NCBI GenBank assembly: GCA_964016885.1
Contig: OZ024743.1
Span: forward strand, 40,176,001 to 40,240,000
DNA: 64,000 nt
DNA from: Eledone cirrhosa
Lineage: Eukaryota
Direction: 5' to 3'
Of the stretch, positions 28,680 to 42,151 are shown piece after piece. The notes beneath the pieces are model-generated. The model worked only from the letters and a program-made list of their open reading frames with translations, ran no database searches and was not told the DNA's origin. Within the stretch, counting starts at the first letter, position 1. Each line of letters starts with the position of its first letter. The position numbers and the translations under genes are program-made.

Positions 28680-30490
28680 TAGCAGGAGTACCCGGCGTCG
28701 CCTGGGTGTAAGTCGACCTTTGCTCTGTTGTTAAAATGTGTGAAATTTCCTGCCCGCGCATCTCAGGTGCAACATTGTTGTTGGTGTTTTTATCGCATAA
28801 ACCAAAGGAGGTCATCATGAAACTGGAGTTGTATTTCCACATGTTACGGCTGAACGTTGTAGCCGTAGTGTCGTCACCTGTAAGTAGATTCAGAAGAATG
28901 TCTGGCGGGTCAGCCAATGCCTTTAGTTGCACCTTACCTCCTGCACAGCGTATAGAAGGCGCCTCGCCTGGCCACTTCATTGCTTTGCAGGATGTACAGA
29001 CTTTATCCATGTTGCCAATGGAAACTGTAGGCAGAAGTCCGTATTCCTCACAGGGGTTATATCTGAAGGCTGCTTTTACCCAGCCTGAGCTCTTTGCAGC
29101 AGTAGCTAATGTATGCCGAGAACGCTTAACGGCAAGCATGTTGTCTCTGTATGCCGTGGACTCCTCTGCAAGCGCTTGTTGACGACGAAGGCGAAACCCA
29201 GCAAGCCTCGTCTGGCGGGATGTTGGTGACTCCTCTGCAAGCCCTTGTTGGTGACGAAGGCGAACGCCAGCAAGCCGCGTCGTACGGGATGTTGGTGACT
29301 CCTCCGCCAGTGCTTGTTGGCGACGAAGGCAAATACCAGCAATCCTCGTCGTACGGGATGTTGGTGACTCCTCCGCAAGCGCTTGTTGGCGACGAGGGCG
29401 AACATCAGCAAGCCGCATCGTATGTACTGGTGACTCAACCAGCCGGGAAAGACGTCTATCTGCGAGTCGAGATTGCCGCTCAGCAGGTGTTTCCTAGAGA
29501 AAGTTAATTAATGCTACTGGTTAGCTAAGCCAAAGGCACTGTGCCAATAGTAAATGAGAAAAGTGTAATATGAACAAAAGGGAATCAAGGTAAGACAATA
29601 AATTTAATATAACTACGATTAAAATGGTGTAGTTGCTTAAAAGTGGTGACAGTTAGGATAAACGCAGTGCTTGCTAACATTAAGGGAGAATATTGCATAA
29701 AGGATTAACCAATTGTGAATGAACGCATACCTGAGAATGCCTAATTCGTCGTCTCAAAGCAGTAGCTGTATCTTTTTTGGAGGTAAGTCTTCAACGTTTC
29801 CGTGTGGGCATAACGACAAATAACGAAGCTGTTAGCTTAGAGAGTGGTGATTAAATACAGAGAGAGCTGACACCAGATTCGATAGCATGATTACTGGTGA
29901 ATGGGAGGGTTTGGAAATATGATTATAATAACTTACCGAATTTTACGGCCTATAAAGTGCACTTCAAATACATAAATTTCATCAAAAAACAGCTCCGCGC
30001 TTTATATTCCGGTGAGCCTTATGTATAAATAATACAATGGTAATCTATCACGGCTCTAACCGAAGTAATAGATCTAGACTAAAAGTAAAGAAGATGGCAT
30101 TTTCCTGCTTCGCCTTACACGCCGTTGCGCGGACCTGATTTTAAATGATACGCCTTATATCCCGGTGAGCCTTATAGAGCGGAAAATACGGTGTCTATTG
30201 GAAAAGAATACGAATTCATGACCAAGGTGTGACAAAATTGGCGTCTATACAGTGCCTGAAACAAACTTTTCCAAAACCCTGGGATCTTTCTCGTTAAGTA
30301 TCCACCTAAAAGGAACATCGACAGAATTACAAAACAGGGTTACTTAGAACCCATAAATAACATGGAAGTTAGACAAAAGTGAATAAACATTGAAAAATGA
30401 AAATTTGACTCGGGGAATGTCGAAGTTACCTGATGAGACAATCCTGTCTTGCGTCATAAATGGATGATGGAGCTGGGCCTTTGAAATATC
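28679..30490 (-). mobile_element. Internally deleted Helitron (5' end approximate)
   Basis: The minus-strand 3' end reads ACCCAGGCGACGCCGGGT (hairpin) + ACTCCTG + CTAG abutting (TA)n. ORF 28597-29418 has the RepHel N-terminal CTSCKAMKWPGE...CAGGKVQL and RNMWKYNSSFMMTSFG, then breaks off. Confidence 0.85.
29140..29430 (-). repeat. 69-bp in-frame minisatellite (23-aa units, ~4 copies) in the Helitron ORF
   Basis: RLAxxRLRRQQALAEESPTSRTT repeated in the translation. Confidence 0.9.
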
Positions 30491-30839
30491 TATAGTGACT
30501 TCACAGAATTAAAGTTTAAAGAATATCTTCCTACACGGCCTTGTGTTGTCGTCTGAAATATATACGTGTGTTTGCGTGTGTGAGTGTGTGTGTGTGTGTA
30601 TGTGTCGAGTGGGGGGGGGGGGGGGGATATATACATGTCTATCTCTCTCTCTCTATATATATATATATATTTATATATCTGCATATATATGAAATTCAAG
30701 TTTCCCAACGGAAATAATGATGACAGCAATAATCGATCATAGCAAATAAAAGTTGAGGAAATGAGAAAAGGTATTCACGTAGAACCTATATATACACTAA
30801 TGACATGCATACATATGCATACCAGGTACGCACACCCAT

Positions 30840-30884
<45 letters not shown>

Positions 30885-30890
30885 CATATA

Positions 30891-30933
<43 letters not shown>

Positions 30934-31070
30934 GTGGTATTTTCTTCGTGGTTGTAAGAGGCTTAGCTCTGTTTCTCGACCGTTATATCGCGTGACTGTC
31001 TCCCCCTCCGCCTTTTGGGATTCTTTCTCACGTCGTGTAGACGCGTTCTTGAGACTAGTAAAATGAGGTA

Positions 31071-31158
31071 TCCTCTTGATAAGTCGGCAGACCTCGCAAG
31101 GACTCTATATCTTTGATATATTGTTTTTGTTTATGCCACGAAACTACGTAGTCGAGGA
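31071..31158 (+). ncRNA. Type I hammerhead, U3-A8 core variant, long stem II
   Basis: TCCTC-TTGATAA-GTcGGCA...TGCCAC-GAAA-CTACGTAG-TC-GAGGA, inside a ~460-bp module bounded by (TA)n. Confidence 0.8.
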
Positions 31159-31389
31159 ATTTACAAACAGTTTAGGTATGATACATTTTATTACTAATTA
31201 TATCTAAATGTTTCTTCTCTCTTCATAATGTATTTTTAACTCTGATACTGGTTCAGTCTGGTTCAAACTGAATTGGTCTGTCCCAGTCATTCATTGAGCA
31301 ACATCGGTGAAGTTGGCACCCTTAACTCACAGTTGGGTGCGGATGCATTCATGTATATATGTGTGTGTCCGCATGTATCTGTGTGTTTC

Positions 31390-31437
<48 letters not shown>

Positions 31438-32530
31438 TGTGTCTGGGTGTTTATGTTCGTGTCTGGAGCTGTGTTGATATGCCATCATTCAAGATTGTAA
31501 GATATTTGAATCTCTGCCTATTATTTCTATCAGAGCAATTGACGATTTTGACTTCCCGTCATAGACACACAGACGTATTAAACGTTTCTATCTAAGGTCT
31601 TAATCTATATTACCTTCAGTCATAGATAGTTGGATAGTTTAGAGGGCTCAAGATTATGCCGTTTATACAATCCTGTAATGTCCCGTTTCACAAACATTTT
31701 ATTCCACAATATCACCACTAATTAAGTAAGTTTAGTACGATCAACATATATTATCCTCTACATCATCAACATGCACTTAATACACCTTAGATGGCATATT
31801 GATTATTTTCTAGGCTCAAAGAAGGGGTTTGGTACCATGATCTTTGCAGACTCTGAGACTGACACTGGTCCTTTTTTATTTCAAATTGATGCATGACGAT
31901 TCCAACAAGAAAGGCATATTTACTGTTGAAAGATGATTTGGTGAAAAAGGACTGAGAAAATTGTTTAGTGCGGCGCTTGTGATTTTGGACACATTATTGG
32001 TGATGTGATGAATTGTGACTGCCCAATCTACATTGAGGGATTTGCAAAGGACTTTAGATATATTCATAGTTTTATTGGCTCAATCAGAAGAGAAAGGGGA
32101 TCTTGCATTACGTTTTTCAGTCCACTGGAATGAATTGAGGATGTTTATTCTAGCTGAAAATTCCGTTTCCAATACTTAAAATTGCACGCATCATCCAAAG
32201 GCTAGTTGATCCTGGAATCTGCACGCATCATCCAAAAGCTAGCTGGAGCTGGTAGAATTAAATTGCACCTTAGTGTAATTGTGCAGTCTTATGAAATGTT
32301 ATACGTTATGAAGTTATATCATAAATGACGATCCATAGTTTCACACGTATGTTAGTTATAATTTATTACTGGAGTTGTATATATTATGTGTTTGTAGTAG
32401 AACGTGAAACATCCTAGTGCAAGGGAGAGCAAATATATTCACGACCTTTCGGCATTGTCTACTTCATACTGTTAATATGGTTTGCTTGTTTCAATTATAT
32501 TTGATCAATGAAGCAAATATGGAAAATAAT

Positions 32531-32716
32531 TGTCTCTACTTTAGGCACAAGGCCAGCAATTAACCAGTGCATTACTGGTACTTTATTTCATCGACCCCGT
32601 AAGGATGAAAGGCAAAGTCAACCTCGGCGGGATTTGAACTCAGATCGTAAAGGGACGTAACTATGCTGGGAAGCATGGTGTCCGACCCTCTACTGATACT
32701 GCCAATCCACCGCCCT
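32531..32716 (-). mobile_element. tRNA-derived SINE, full copy, TSD TGGAAAATAAT
   Basis: Reverse complement of the 2096-2281 family, with direct flanking repeats at 32520 and 32717. Confidence 0.9.
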
Positions 32717-34197
32717 TGGAAAATAATAATGCTTAGCATGCATTGTAGTATATTTAAAGATTATCAACTATACATACATATTTAAAAATCGTATACTAGA
32801 TACTAAAGCAAAACATACATCTTCGGTTATACACATTCCAACAGTGCAGTTGATTGCGCTTTTGAATTACAATGTTATCCATTCTGTTAGGTGTTCTCCG
32901 AAAAGTGAAATTCTTTCATTATATATATATCATGTTTTAATCATGTACACATACTGCTTCTATTTAGCAACAACTTATATAACAAATAGCATTTATTCAC
33001 TATTTGTTAGAAGAAAAAGGCATCGTTAAACGGTTAATAAAGCCGCTAGAATAAGTCTTCAAACTTTTAATTATTTTTCACACAAAGAGTAGCAGAGAGA
33101 ATGGGATTGAATTGTTAACGTGTATTCGAATTTTCTGAGAATCATTGGAGCTGGCTAAAACTAATAGGGTCGAACTGCTTTAGGCATATAATGGGACATT
33201 TGTATGCTCATGTGATATCTTTCAACCTATGCCATTTCTTTAATGGAATACATTGAAAAACACAAGACTAACGTTCCAGGCTACCAACGCATAAAAGCCG
33301 GACCAAATGGGGTTTCCTTCTATTGTTAAGTAGACCTAGAGTCATGATCAGATAATGATAAGTGGCGTGAGGAGAAATACAAGGAATATATTTTCATGAA
33401 TTCGAAGAAATATCTTGCTTATAGTGTAAAAATAAACTTATACGTGTTTCATTTTTAGCCAAAATAATGCACCCTTCGGTCATTACTGGTCATACAGTGG
33501 TCTGCGAAGGCTTCTTTATAAAGGGCATGGTGTTTCGCTGTAATAGTAACAATCGGTTAGGGATGAAAATCTTCCCTGTCTACACCACCGATATTCTACA
33601 AATGACGAACAGATGCAGAAACAGTTTGACACTAATGTTTTTGAACACATACGATTTCCAACTGAATGAACTGAAGCAACGGGAAATGATTTCTCTCTCA
33701 AGAACAACACGTGGCATCACGTGAAAACATCGTAGCAATGATCTTACGACCCTGATGCGAACGCACTAACCACTAGGAACCGAAGGTTAATTTATATGTA
33801 ACTAAATGTAATTGAATGTACATAAAGAGATTGATCATGAGGCATTGCTTTTAGAAAAAATATTAAGCTAATATAGTCAAAATTCTCGAGGTTCATATTG
33901 ACGAGGATTAGACCATATTTACGCTCCGTGTTTTGTGGGACCAAGGTCGGTTCTAATCATAAGTATCCGAGTAGTTCAATCAATGGAATCGTCTTCCCAT
34001 GAAACTAACGTACAAGTGGGTAAACATTCGACAGACACAGATACCCTTAACATTGTTGCCTTTTGGGAATTAAATGTACGAGACACGCTTCTGCGAATAT
34101 AATCTCTCTCATACTTTACCTCCATTTTACACGCTGGTCCTCAAATAGTGACCCCCATTATTATATATATATATATATAGTTTTAATATAGAAGAGC

Positions 34198-34242
34198 TTC
34201 TACAGGACTAGAACTGTTTCATTCGTGAGAAATAATCAGGAA
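34198..34242 (-). ncRNA. Degenerate hammerhead (core CTGATTA)
   Basis: Reverse complement: TTC-CTGATTA-tTTC tcac GAAt-GAAA-CAG ttctagtc CTG-TA-GAA; homologous to 25098-25143. Confidence 0.55.
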
Positions 34243-34886
34243 TCTGGCTGTCCAAATAAGTGGTAGTATTTATATCTTTCCTTTAGGTAGGAGAGGGTGG
34301 GGGTTCGGGTAGGTGGAGGTCATTGGTTGAAGGATTTAAAGAAAAGGGAGTTCATTAAAAGCTAATTCTTTAAAGCTATAGTATTAACAAAGGCAGAACA
34401 AATATTGTAAACAAATTTAAAATTGGAATACCAATCCGTGTTTATCACTTAGACTAACAATGCCTGTAATACAGGTGCCTACAGGATGAGTGAGGGTCAA
34501 TGGTTTAAAGAAAAGAGAAATTCTTTAGAAGCTAATTCTTTAAGGCTGAAATAAGGGTGACAAAGGCAGAAAGGGATCCATCAACAGATTCAAGTGTTGG
34601 GGTGAACACCCTTATTGTGAAGTTTCCCTTAATATATATTCCATGTGTAGAAAAGCACATTCTACACGCGCCCACTTACACACGTACGCATACATACACG
34701 CATGCACACACAGTGAATGTGCTTGTGGACACCTGGAATATATATTAAGTGAAACTTCATAATAAGGGTGTTCACCCCAACACTTGAATCTGTTGAAGGA
34801 ACGATTTCTGCCTTTGTCACCCTTATTTCAGCCTTCAAGTATTAGCTTATAAAGAATTTCCCTTTTATAAATAACATGGTTATTTA

Positions 34887-34947
34887 TTCATTCTGACGAC
34901 TGAAGACAGACATAGCATCTACCTTCAAGAAACCACTGGTAAATGAA
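34887..34947 (+). ncRNA. Type I hammerhead
   Basis: TTCATT-CTGACGA-cTGAAG...CTTCAa-GAAA-CCAcTGG-TA-AATGAA. Confidence 0.8.
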
Positions 34948-34954
34948 ATAATTA

Positions 34955-34989
<35 letters not shown>

Positions 34990-35074
34990 TATTGTTTTTT
35001 ATTACATAACTGATAAGTTCTGTAGCCTACATAGAGCACTCTTTCTTCCTGTACCTTTCCGACGGAAATACTTC

Positions 35075-35196
<122 letters not shown>

Positions 35197-35391
35197 CAGG
35201 GTTCAATGACCTGCGTGTATATTATTTTATTTTTTATGATGACCCCCGCTTCCCATTTCGTGATAGTGTGAGATGTTTTTTTTTTGTAGAACTGCTGGAC
35301 TTTCAAACTAAGCGACTCTATCTAGCACTGACGGTGATTATCGCTAAATATTAATATTGATTTGGTTATTAATATTGATGTTACTTGGGCA

Positions 35392-35515
35392 CCCCACTGA
35401 AGAGTTATAAGAGCCCACTTGCATGGGAATCCATTGATTTTATGCAAGCTTCTACATAACTAGGACACTTTTCTCCCACTTTGTAGAAATCTTATAATGA
35501 AACGATCGTATGGGG
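35392..35515 (+). ncRNA. Type I hammerhead with branched ~95-nt stem II domain
   Basis: CCCCA-CTGAAGA-GTTATAAGA...[CTTGCAT/ATGCAAG][TTCTACA/TGTAGAA]...TCTTATAAT-GAAA-CGATCG-TA-TGGGG. Confidence 0.82.
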
Positions 35516-35691
35516 AATGAGATTTATTTAATTATGTCTCATATAAAATAATCCAGCCGATTATACCACACAATACATTATAGTTAGCACGCCAAACGTA
35601 TTATTCGGAATATACTTAGGTATTTCCTAATATTTGTTGAGTGAGGTGGAAATTGGTCGGAGTATCACTAATGGGTTTCTCTGTTAATGTA

Positions 35692-35735
<44 letters not shown>

Positions 35736-35889
35736 TTTCTTACGCCTCTTACTTTGTGAGGCTCCCTCACCTTGTTCACACTTGACGGAATAGCTATTAC
35801 ACGGCTATTACATGGCGATAGGGCGAGTAACTAAAGTCCGGGTTTGTGAAAGAAATGAAAGTGGTGTCTAGCAAGTAAGTGTACCTTAA

Positions 35890-35990
35890 TGAGGTTAACT
35901 TTGCCTTTCATCCTTACGGGGTCGATAAAATGAAGTACCAGTAATGTACTGGATGATTGCTGGCCTTGTGCCAAAAGTAGAAACAATTAT
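35890..35990 (+). mobile_element. SINE 3' half (same family as 2096-2281)
   Basis: Core and tail match. Confidence 0.85.
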
Positions 35991-35999
35991 AATTTGTGC

Positions 36000-36086
<87 letters not shown>

Positions 36087-38316
36087 TTGTGTGTATCTAA
36101 CTATGTATCTCTTTCTCTCTGTATCTCCCTCTCTATATATGTATGATACATACATACAGACACATACATGCAGACATGCATACATACATTCATGCATACA
36201 TATATCTATACATTATTTAATAAGGTATTTTTCATAATTATTTCTTCATTATTTTTTCTATTTCTTTTAATATATTTATTGACAATTTAATTCTCTATTT
36301 CTATTTAATTTTTCCAATCATTATTTTTCGGTTTCACCCATCAAATACATTCGTAGAGACATACCCACATTAGTCTTTATTATTTTCCGACCCTCTTAAT
36401 TATTATAATAATTATCATTATTATATCTTCAATTTCTTTCTAATTTATTAATTTCTTTAATTTCATAAATGTTTAATTCTTAACAATTAAATTTTGCTTT
36501 TCAATGTTAATTATAATGTTTGATTTATCACCACCAAAGATTTTACTTCATATTTTCCTTCTTAAATCCACTTCATATAAATTGATAGTGATAGACAGAA
36601 AGATATACCCACAGATATATTGTTGAACTTTTGTTGGAACAGCTGCTCGTCCCAAAGCACGTTAAATTTAACTTATTAGCAAGGAAAGTAAGTCTGTGAC
36701 AAGTCAGCGCGTGACAAGGCAGGCGCCTTGAATTATATTTACAACGCTTTTTATTCCTGCTGATTGGACTGGAGCAATACGAAATATGTGTGTTGAGGAA
36801 GGTCGACAAACGTCATCGGTGATAAAAATTCGATGTTGTGACCCTTGGCCGTACTCATTAACCTCTAAGCCACTCAACTTCGCAGACTGATATATAGACT
36901 AACAGAGACCGTAGACATATGGTGTACAATGTTGGGCTATTTTCTCACTCTGTATAAACATCAAAGCATTGTCCTTATGTTTATATTATAATCATGTTAT
37001 TTTCCATTGCTGAATGGTTATGAAGTGGGCATCAAACTTATGCCATCTTTGTCAAGCTGCTTCAATGTATCCCCGTGTTGATAAATATCTTGTGAGTGAA
37101 ATTCAACAGTCGGGAATTGTTTGGAAATTGGTTGGTCGGATTGGCGCTGGAACAGGAATTTTGTCACGCTCAATCGGCGTAGGAATGACAGTGCGGCTAA
37201 ACGTGCCTGTGAAATAATCAAATATTTACTCAGTAATTCTTGAGTTAGACGGTCAGTTTTTCTAACAACGGAATGCGGAACATAGAAACCGAAAGGGGGT
37301 CCAGTTTCATACATTGTTGCTGTTGATTTGAGGCCCTCAATGGTCCACATTACGAGTGTTCCAGAAGATTCCATTAACAGAATAGCCTACTCATGAAATA
37401 AATGTGCAAGGGTTCGTCCAATATACAGAGTCTAGTACAGTTAACGAAGCTTCTTCTTGACAAAATGTGTGATAAGCCTGCCATTTAGAATTTCAAATAA
37501 AACTCATTTTTCCCGCTGGTTGAACTGGAGCAATATGGCATAAATCTTGCTTAAGAATACAATACGTTGTAAATCCTAATCACATTCTTTTGAGTGTGAG
37601 AAGGACACCATAATGTTACACAATGCGACTTTAACATCATTATAACTAACATCATGATAATTATCGACAGTGTTTTTACGTTCATGCTCAACATAATGCT
37701 CATTACTATTTAACGAAATTCTTACATGTGTAACTCTTTAATTTCTTTCCACACAATGTCACGATTCCAAGGGACGAAGACGTTTGCCGAAGTAAGATCA
37801 GTTTCCATCGGTGTTTTTCTTTCGCTATTTGGCATTTCAACATTGATCTTCTTATATATCTTAACAGGCACGTCTCAGATTATCGTCGCCCCATCATTGA
37901 CAAATAAGAAATGTTATACCAGTTATCACCACTTCTCAGCTTTCCTGCTGATGACTAATGGACCTAGCTGGCAACGCTATGGTGTATTTGCATATATTCT
38001 AATATAAAAGTCCTGGGAACAAATTAACAGAATCGCTAAAACGTCTCATAAATTGTATTCATATTTGGTCCTGATCTGTGCGATCTGAAGTCAAATCCCA
38101 GTAACGTCATCTTTGCGTTTTATCTTTATTGAGACGTTAAATAAGATATAAATCCCGGGAAAGGGGTTAGGGAAATCAGAGATTCAGACCGGATCCTGAG
38201 TGTATCTGTTCAAATTCCATATGTATGCATTTGTGACTATATGTATGTATTTATGCATGTATGTATGGATGTATGTTTATATATTTTATATGTTTATGTA
38301 TTTATGCATGTATGTA

Positions 38317-38369
<53 letters not shown>

Positions 38370-38554
38370 ATGTACATATATATATATATATATGTGTGTG
38401 TGTAAGTGAGTAGCGTGTGTGTGTTTGTTTGCATGTATGAGTGTTGCTGTGTCCGCGCATATGTATGCGTGTGTGTGCGCGTGTGTGTGTATGTCGTACG
38501 TATAAGTGTCAATAAGTGATTTTTTTCTTTTTTTTTTCTTTTTGCGCGGGGACA

Positions 38555-41130
38555 TAGAAATAATAGGGCTGGATGCCCGATCGCGCAGTTAAACCACTGG
38601 GAGTGAAGAACCCCTAGCTATTGCCAGGGCATTCGTCTAGGAGAAGGCATCTCAGGAAACTGGTTTAACTCCGACATAAAACCTGCGGTTCAGTAGTTAC
38701 CGATGATGTTGATCTTTTCTTCTTTTCGGGTTATAGCTACCGTCGCTCAGAGAGTGGGGTTGGCTCAGCGCACAGTCTTTCCTCACTTTAAAAATATTCG
38801 TCACGCATAGGCATTGCACGAGTGCATTAATAATTATTAATAGTGAATTATTATCATTATTATTGTTACTATTATTATTATTACTTTTTTTTTTTTTTTT
38901 CAGATTCAATGATGTTCCAGAACAATATAAAAGTGATAATTGGCAATTTACGTTCTGGAACAAAACAGATAATTGGCATAAGGGCAGGGACCCCAGGTTA
39001 TCACAGCATGGGCCCGCTCGTCATCGTGCCATTGTAATAGAGACAAACAAGGCATTTAGTCATGGCTGCTGGAACGTACGGACGCTGCTTGACAGGGATT
39101 CCTTGGAGCGTCCTGAACGAAGGACCGCTCTTGTTGCAAAGGAGCTTCGACGTTACGATCTTGACATCGTGGCACTACTGATATGATCTTCTCAGCTAGA
39201 CAGCTCCAGGAGAAGTGCATGGAACAAGGTTTGGATCTGTATCAGGTTTTTGTCGATCTGACAAAAGCTTTCGATACTGTTAACAGAGATTCATTATGGA
39301 AGGTTCTACAGAAACTTGGTTGCCCTGATAAGTTCCTTGCTTTAGTTAGGTCTTTCCATGACGACATGAAGGCTTGGGATAATGTCGAAGGTAACATGTC
39401 GGAGCCTATCACAGTAAAAAATGGAGTTAAACAGGGGGATATTCCAGCACCGACCCTGTTTGCCATATACATTGCAATGGTTTTCTGTATTGCATTGAGG
39501 AATTGCGAGCATGGTGTTTACATCCGATATCGAACCTCAGGCAGCATATTTAACATCAGGCACTTTGCTGCAAAGACAAAAGTATTTACATCAATCAAAA
39601 GAGATCTCTTGTATGCAGATGATAGCGATCTTGTAGCGCACACAGCGAATGATATGCAGCACATTTTGAATGCATTTTGTGACGCTTGCACTGCCGTAGG
39701 ATTGACTGTCAGTCTCAAGAAAACCGTCGTCATGTACCAAATTGCCCCTGGTAAGCAGTACACTGAACCAAATATCTATGTGTCTGGTAAACAACTTGGA
39801 GTGGTTGATCAGTTTGTCTACCGGGGAAGCACTGTAAATCGATACAGCAACCTTGACAGTGAAATCTCACTTAGGATTAGGAAAGCAAGTGATGCTTTCG
39901 GAAAACTCGAAAGGCGACTCTGGGGTCGGCGAGACATAGGCAGGAGGACAAAGGTAAGGGTGTACAAGCCATATGTGCTCTCTTGTCTTCTTTATGCCTG
40001 CGAGACCTGGGTCACATATCGACACCACCTTAAGCAATTGGAGCGTTTCCATCAGATGTGTCTGAGACGGATCCATGGCGTTCACTGGAGGGACCACATC
40101 GGTGATGTCGAGATTTTGGAAAGCTCTATGTGTGACAGTATAGAAGCTCATGTGCTTAAGCAACGACTCCGTTGGAGTGGTCACCTTGCCAAGATGAAGG
40201 ATTCTAGAATACCAAAACAACTCTTTTATGGAGAGTTGGTTAAAGGAAAACGACCGCCACATAAACCAAAAAAGAGGTATATGGATTCCTTCAAAGCCTC
40301 TTTGAAAGACGCTAACATCTCTGCTGATACAGTGGAAAATATTGCTGCTGATCGTAATAAATGGAGAAAGACTGTATATTAGGGAAAAAGTTGCCTTTGA
40401 GGCATCTCGAATCGCATACGAGAAAGTAAAGTGGGTGGCGAGGAAGGGCATTGCTGTTGCACTTCCAGACGGCGAGGGTCCTCCTATGGTGCTGACTTGC
40501 AGCGTCTGTGCGAGACTCTGCCTAAGCAAAGCTGGACTCGAAAGTCATCTTCGCAGTCATAAAGTAAGACCAGTGGTTGACTACCAGGCTGCTGTTGGAG
40601 ATGCCACTCATCATGCTTGCCCAGCATGTGGTAGAGAATGTAAATCAGCAGGAGGGCTCAAGCGACATGCAAAAGTACATGAACTCCAACCACAGCCGGC
40701 TATTCCCAGTGAATGTTTTGGTTGCCGACTCTGTGCAAGACATTTTAGATCATTGGCTGGGCTAAAAAGCCACATTCGATCGCAGCGCTGTTAGTTGCTA
40801 TCGTGTGTGTGTGTGTATAGATATGTTCGTGTGTGTGCGTGTGTGTGTATATATATATGTATATGTATATTATTATTGTTGTTGTTGTCTTTATTATTAT
40901 TGATGTTATTATTATTATTATTATTATTGTTATTAATGTATATGCGTGTATGTATATATGTGTATGTGTATATATGTATATGTATGTGTGTATATATATA
41001 CTCGTTTACCCTTTTACATGTTTCAGCCATCCGGCTTTTTATCATTTTATTTTATTTTTTATTTATTTATTAATATGTTTTTTCTCCTCGTGCAATGGCC
41101 ATACTCTATAACGAGGGGGCAGCCATCAAA
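38555..41130 (+). mobile_element. RTE-clade LINE with both ends, a large internal deletion and C-terminal C2H2 fingers
   Basis: RTE-like 5' UTR (GTCTAGGAGAAGG), APE start GCWNVRTLLD..PERRTALVAKEL, RT, and 3' tail GCAATGGCCATACTC..GAGGGGGCAGCCATCA. Confidence 0.88.
39040..40794 (+). pseudogene. RTE ORF: APE N-terminus fused to RT, followed by three C2H2 zinc fingers (frameshift ~40378)
   Basis: FVDLTKAFDTV, GVKQGD, LLYADD, LYACETW, LRWSGHL and RIPKQLFYGEL; then CSVC..HLRSH, CPAC..HAKVH and CRLC..HIRSQRC. Confidence 0.92.
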
Positions 41131-41133
41131 TAT

Positions 41134-41181
<48 letters not shown>

Positions 41182-41189
41182 ATATGTGT

Positions 41190-41348
<159 letters not shown>

Positions 41349-42151
41349 GATGGCTTTACACAACAGATAGTTCACCATACCGAGAACAATTGTTTCACCT
41401 TTGCGGATCTAACCACTTCTATATATATATATATATATAAAAAAAATACTATAAAGTATGTCCATAGAATTGGACTAAGAACTGTGACGTGGCAGTGGTC
41501 AAGTCAGAAATAATGTGATTGGTGCCTACGGCGAGTGGCCTGGTTGGTAGAAAGCGCAGCCCAATATTGCCCAAATTGCAACACAACATTATGGGATATT
41601 ATCAAATATAAAGATTTACATATACACAAACTATATATATATATATCACATATATATATGTTTTGGCAACCATTCACGATGTGGCTCAATGATGAATTAA
41701 TAATTTAAATAATTTGAGCAATATACTATAACGTATGTCCATAGAAACATTTGATAATATGTATACACCATTTCCTCTCCCAATTAACATAATCAACCAC
41801 ACAAAAAACCAATTAAACCAGGCTATAAGATTAAAAGGTATATATGAAGAAATAGTAGATAAATAAACGACAGCCATCTATTCGCGGTAAACCGCTATGA
41901 AATATTTACCCAACATTTAGAACGTGGAAATCGATTAAATATATCGTCGACCATACACAATTAGATATCAAATTAAAGTTAGAAGAAAAAATGCATATAC
42001 ATATATCAGGATTACGTTTCTACCCTTAGGGTTTTCTTCGCTTTCGGAAACATCTTATCAAGGATAAATTCTAGAGCTTTGAACTGAGCCACACGCCTTC
42101 ACTATATATATATATATATATCGGTAGCAATTCCAGGTAGAAGGAGCAACG

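Noticed and set aside
29140-29430. Regularly spaced repeats resembling a CRISPR array
   Set aside because: It is a contiguous 69-bp coding minisatellite without unique spacers, in eukaryotic DNA.
30425-30460. CTGATGA-GACA..TGTC hairpin
   Set aside because: No GAAA, stem III or NUH follows. The same applies to CTGATGA hits at ~8110 (minus), 15833, 37947 and 50502.
42001-42075. Minus-strand TTGATAA...GAAA-ACCCTAAGGG-TA HHR-like string
   Set aside because: Stems I and II could not be paired consistently.
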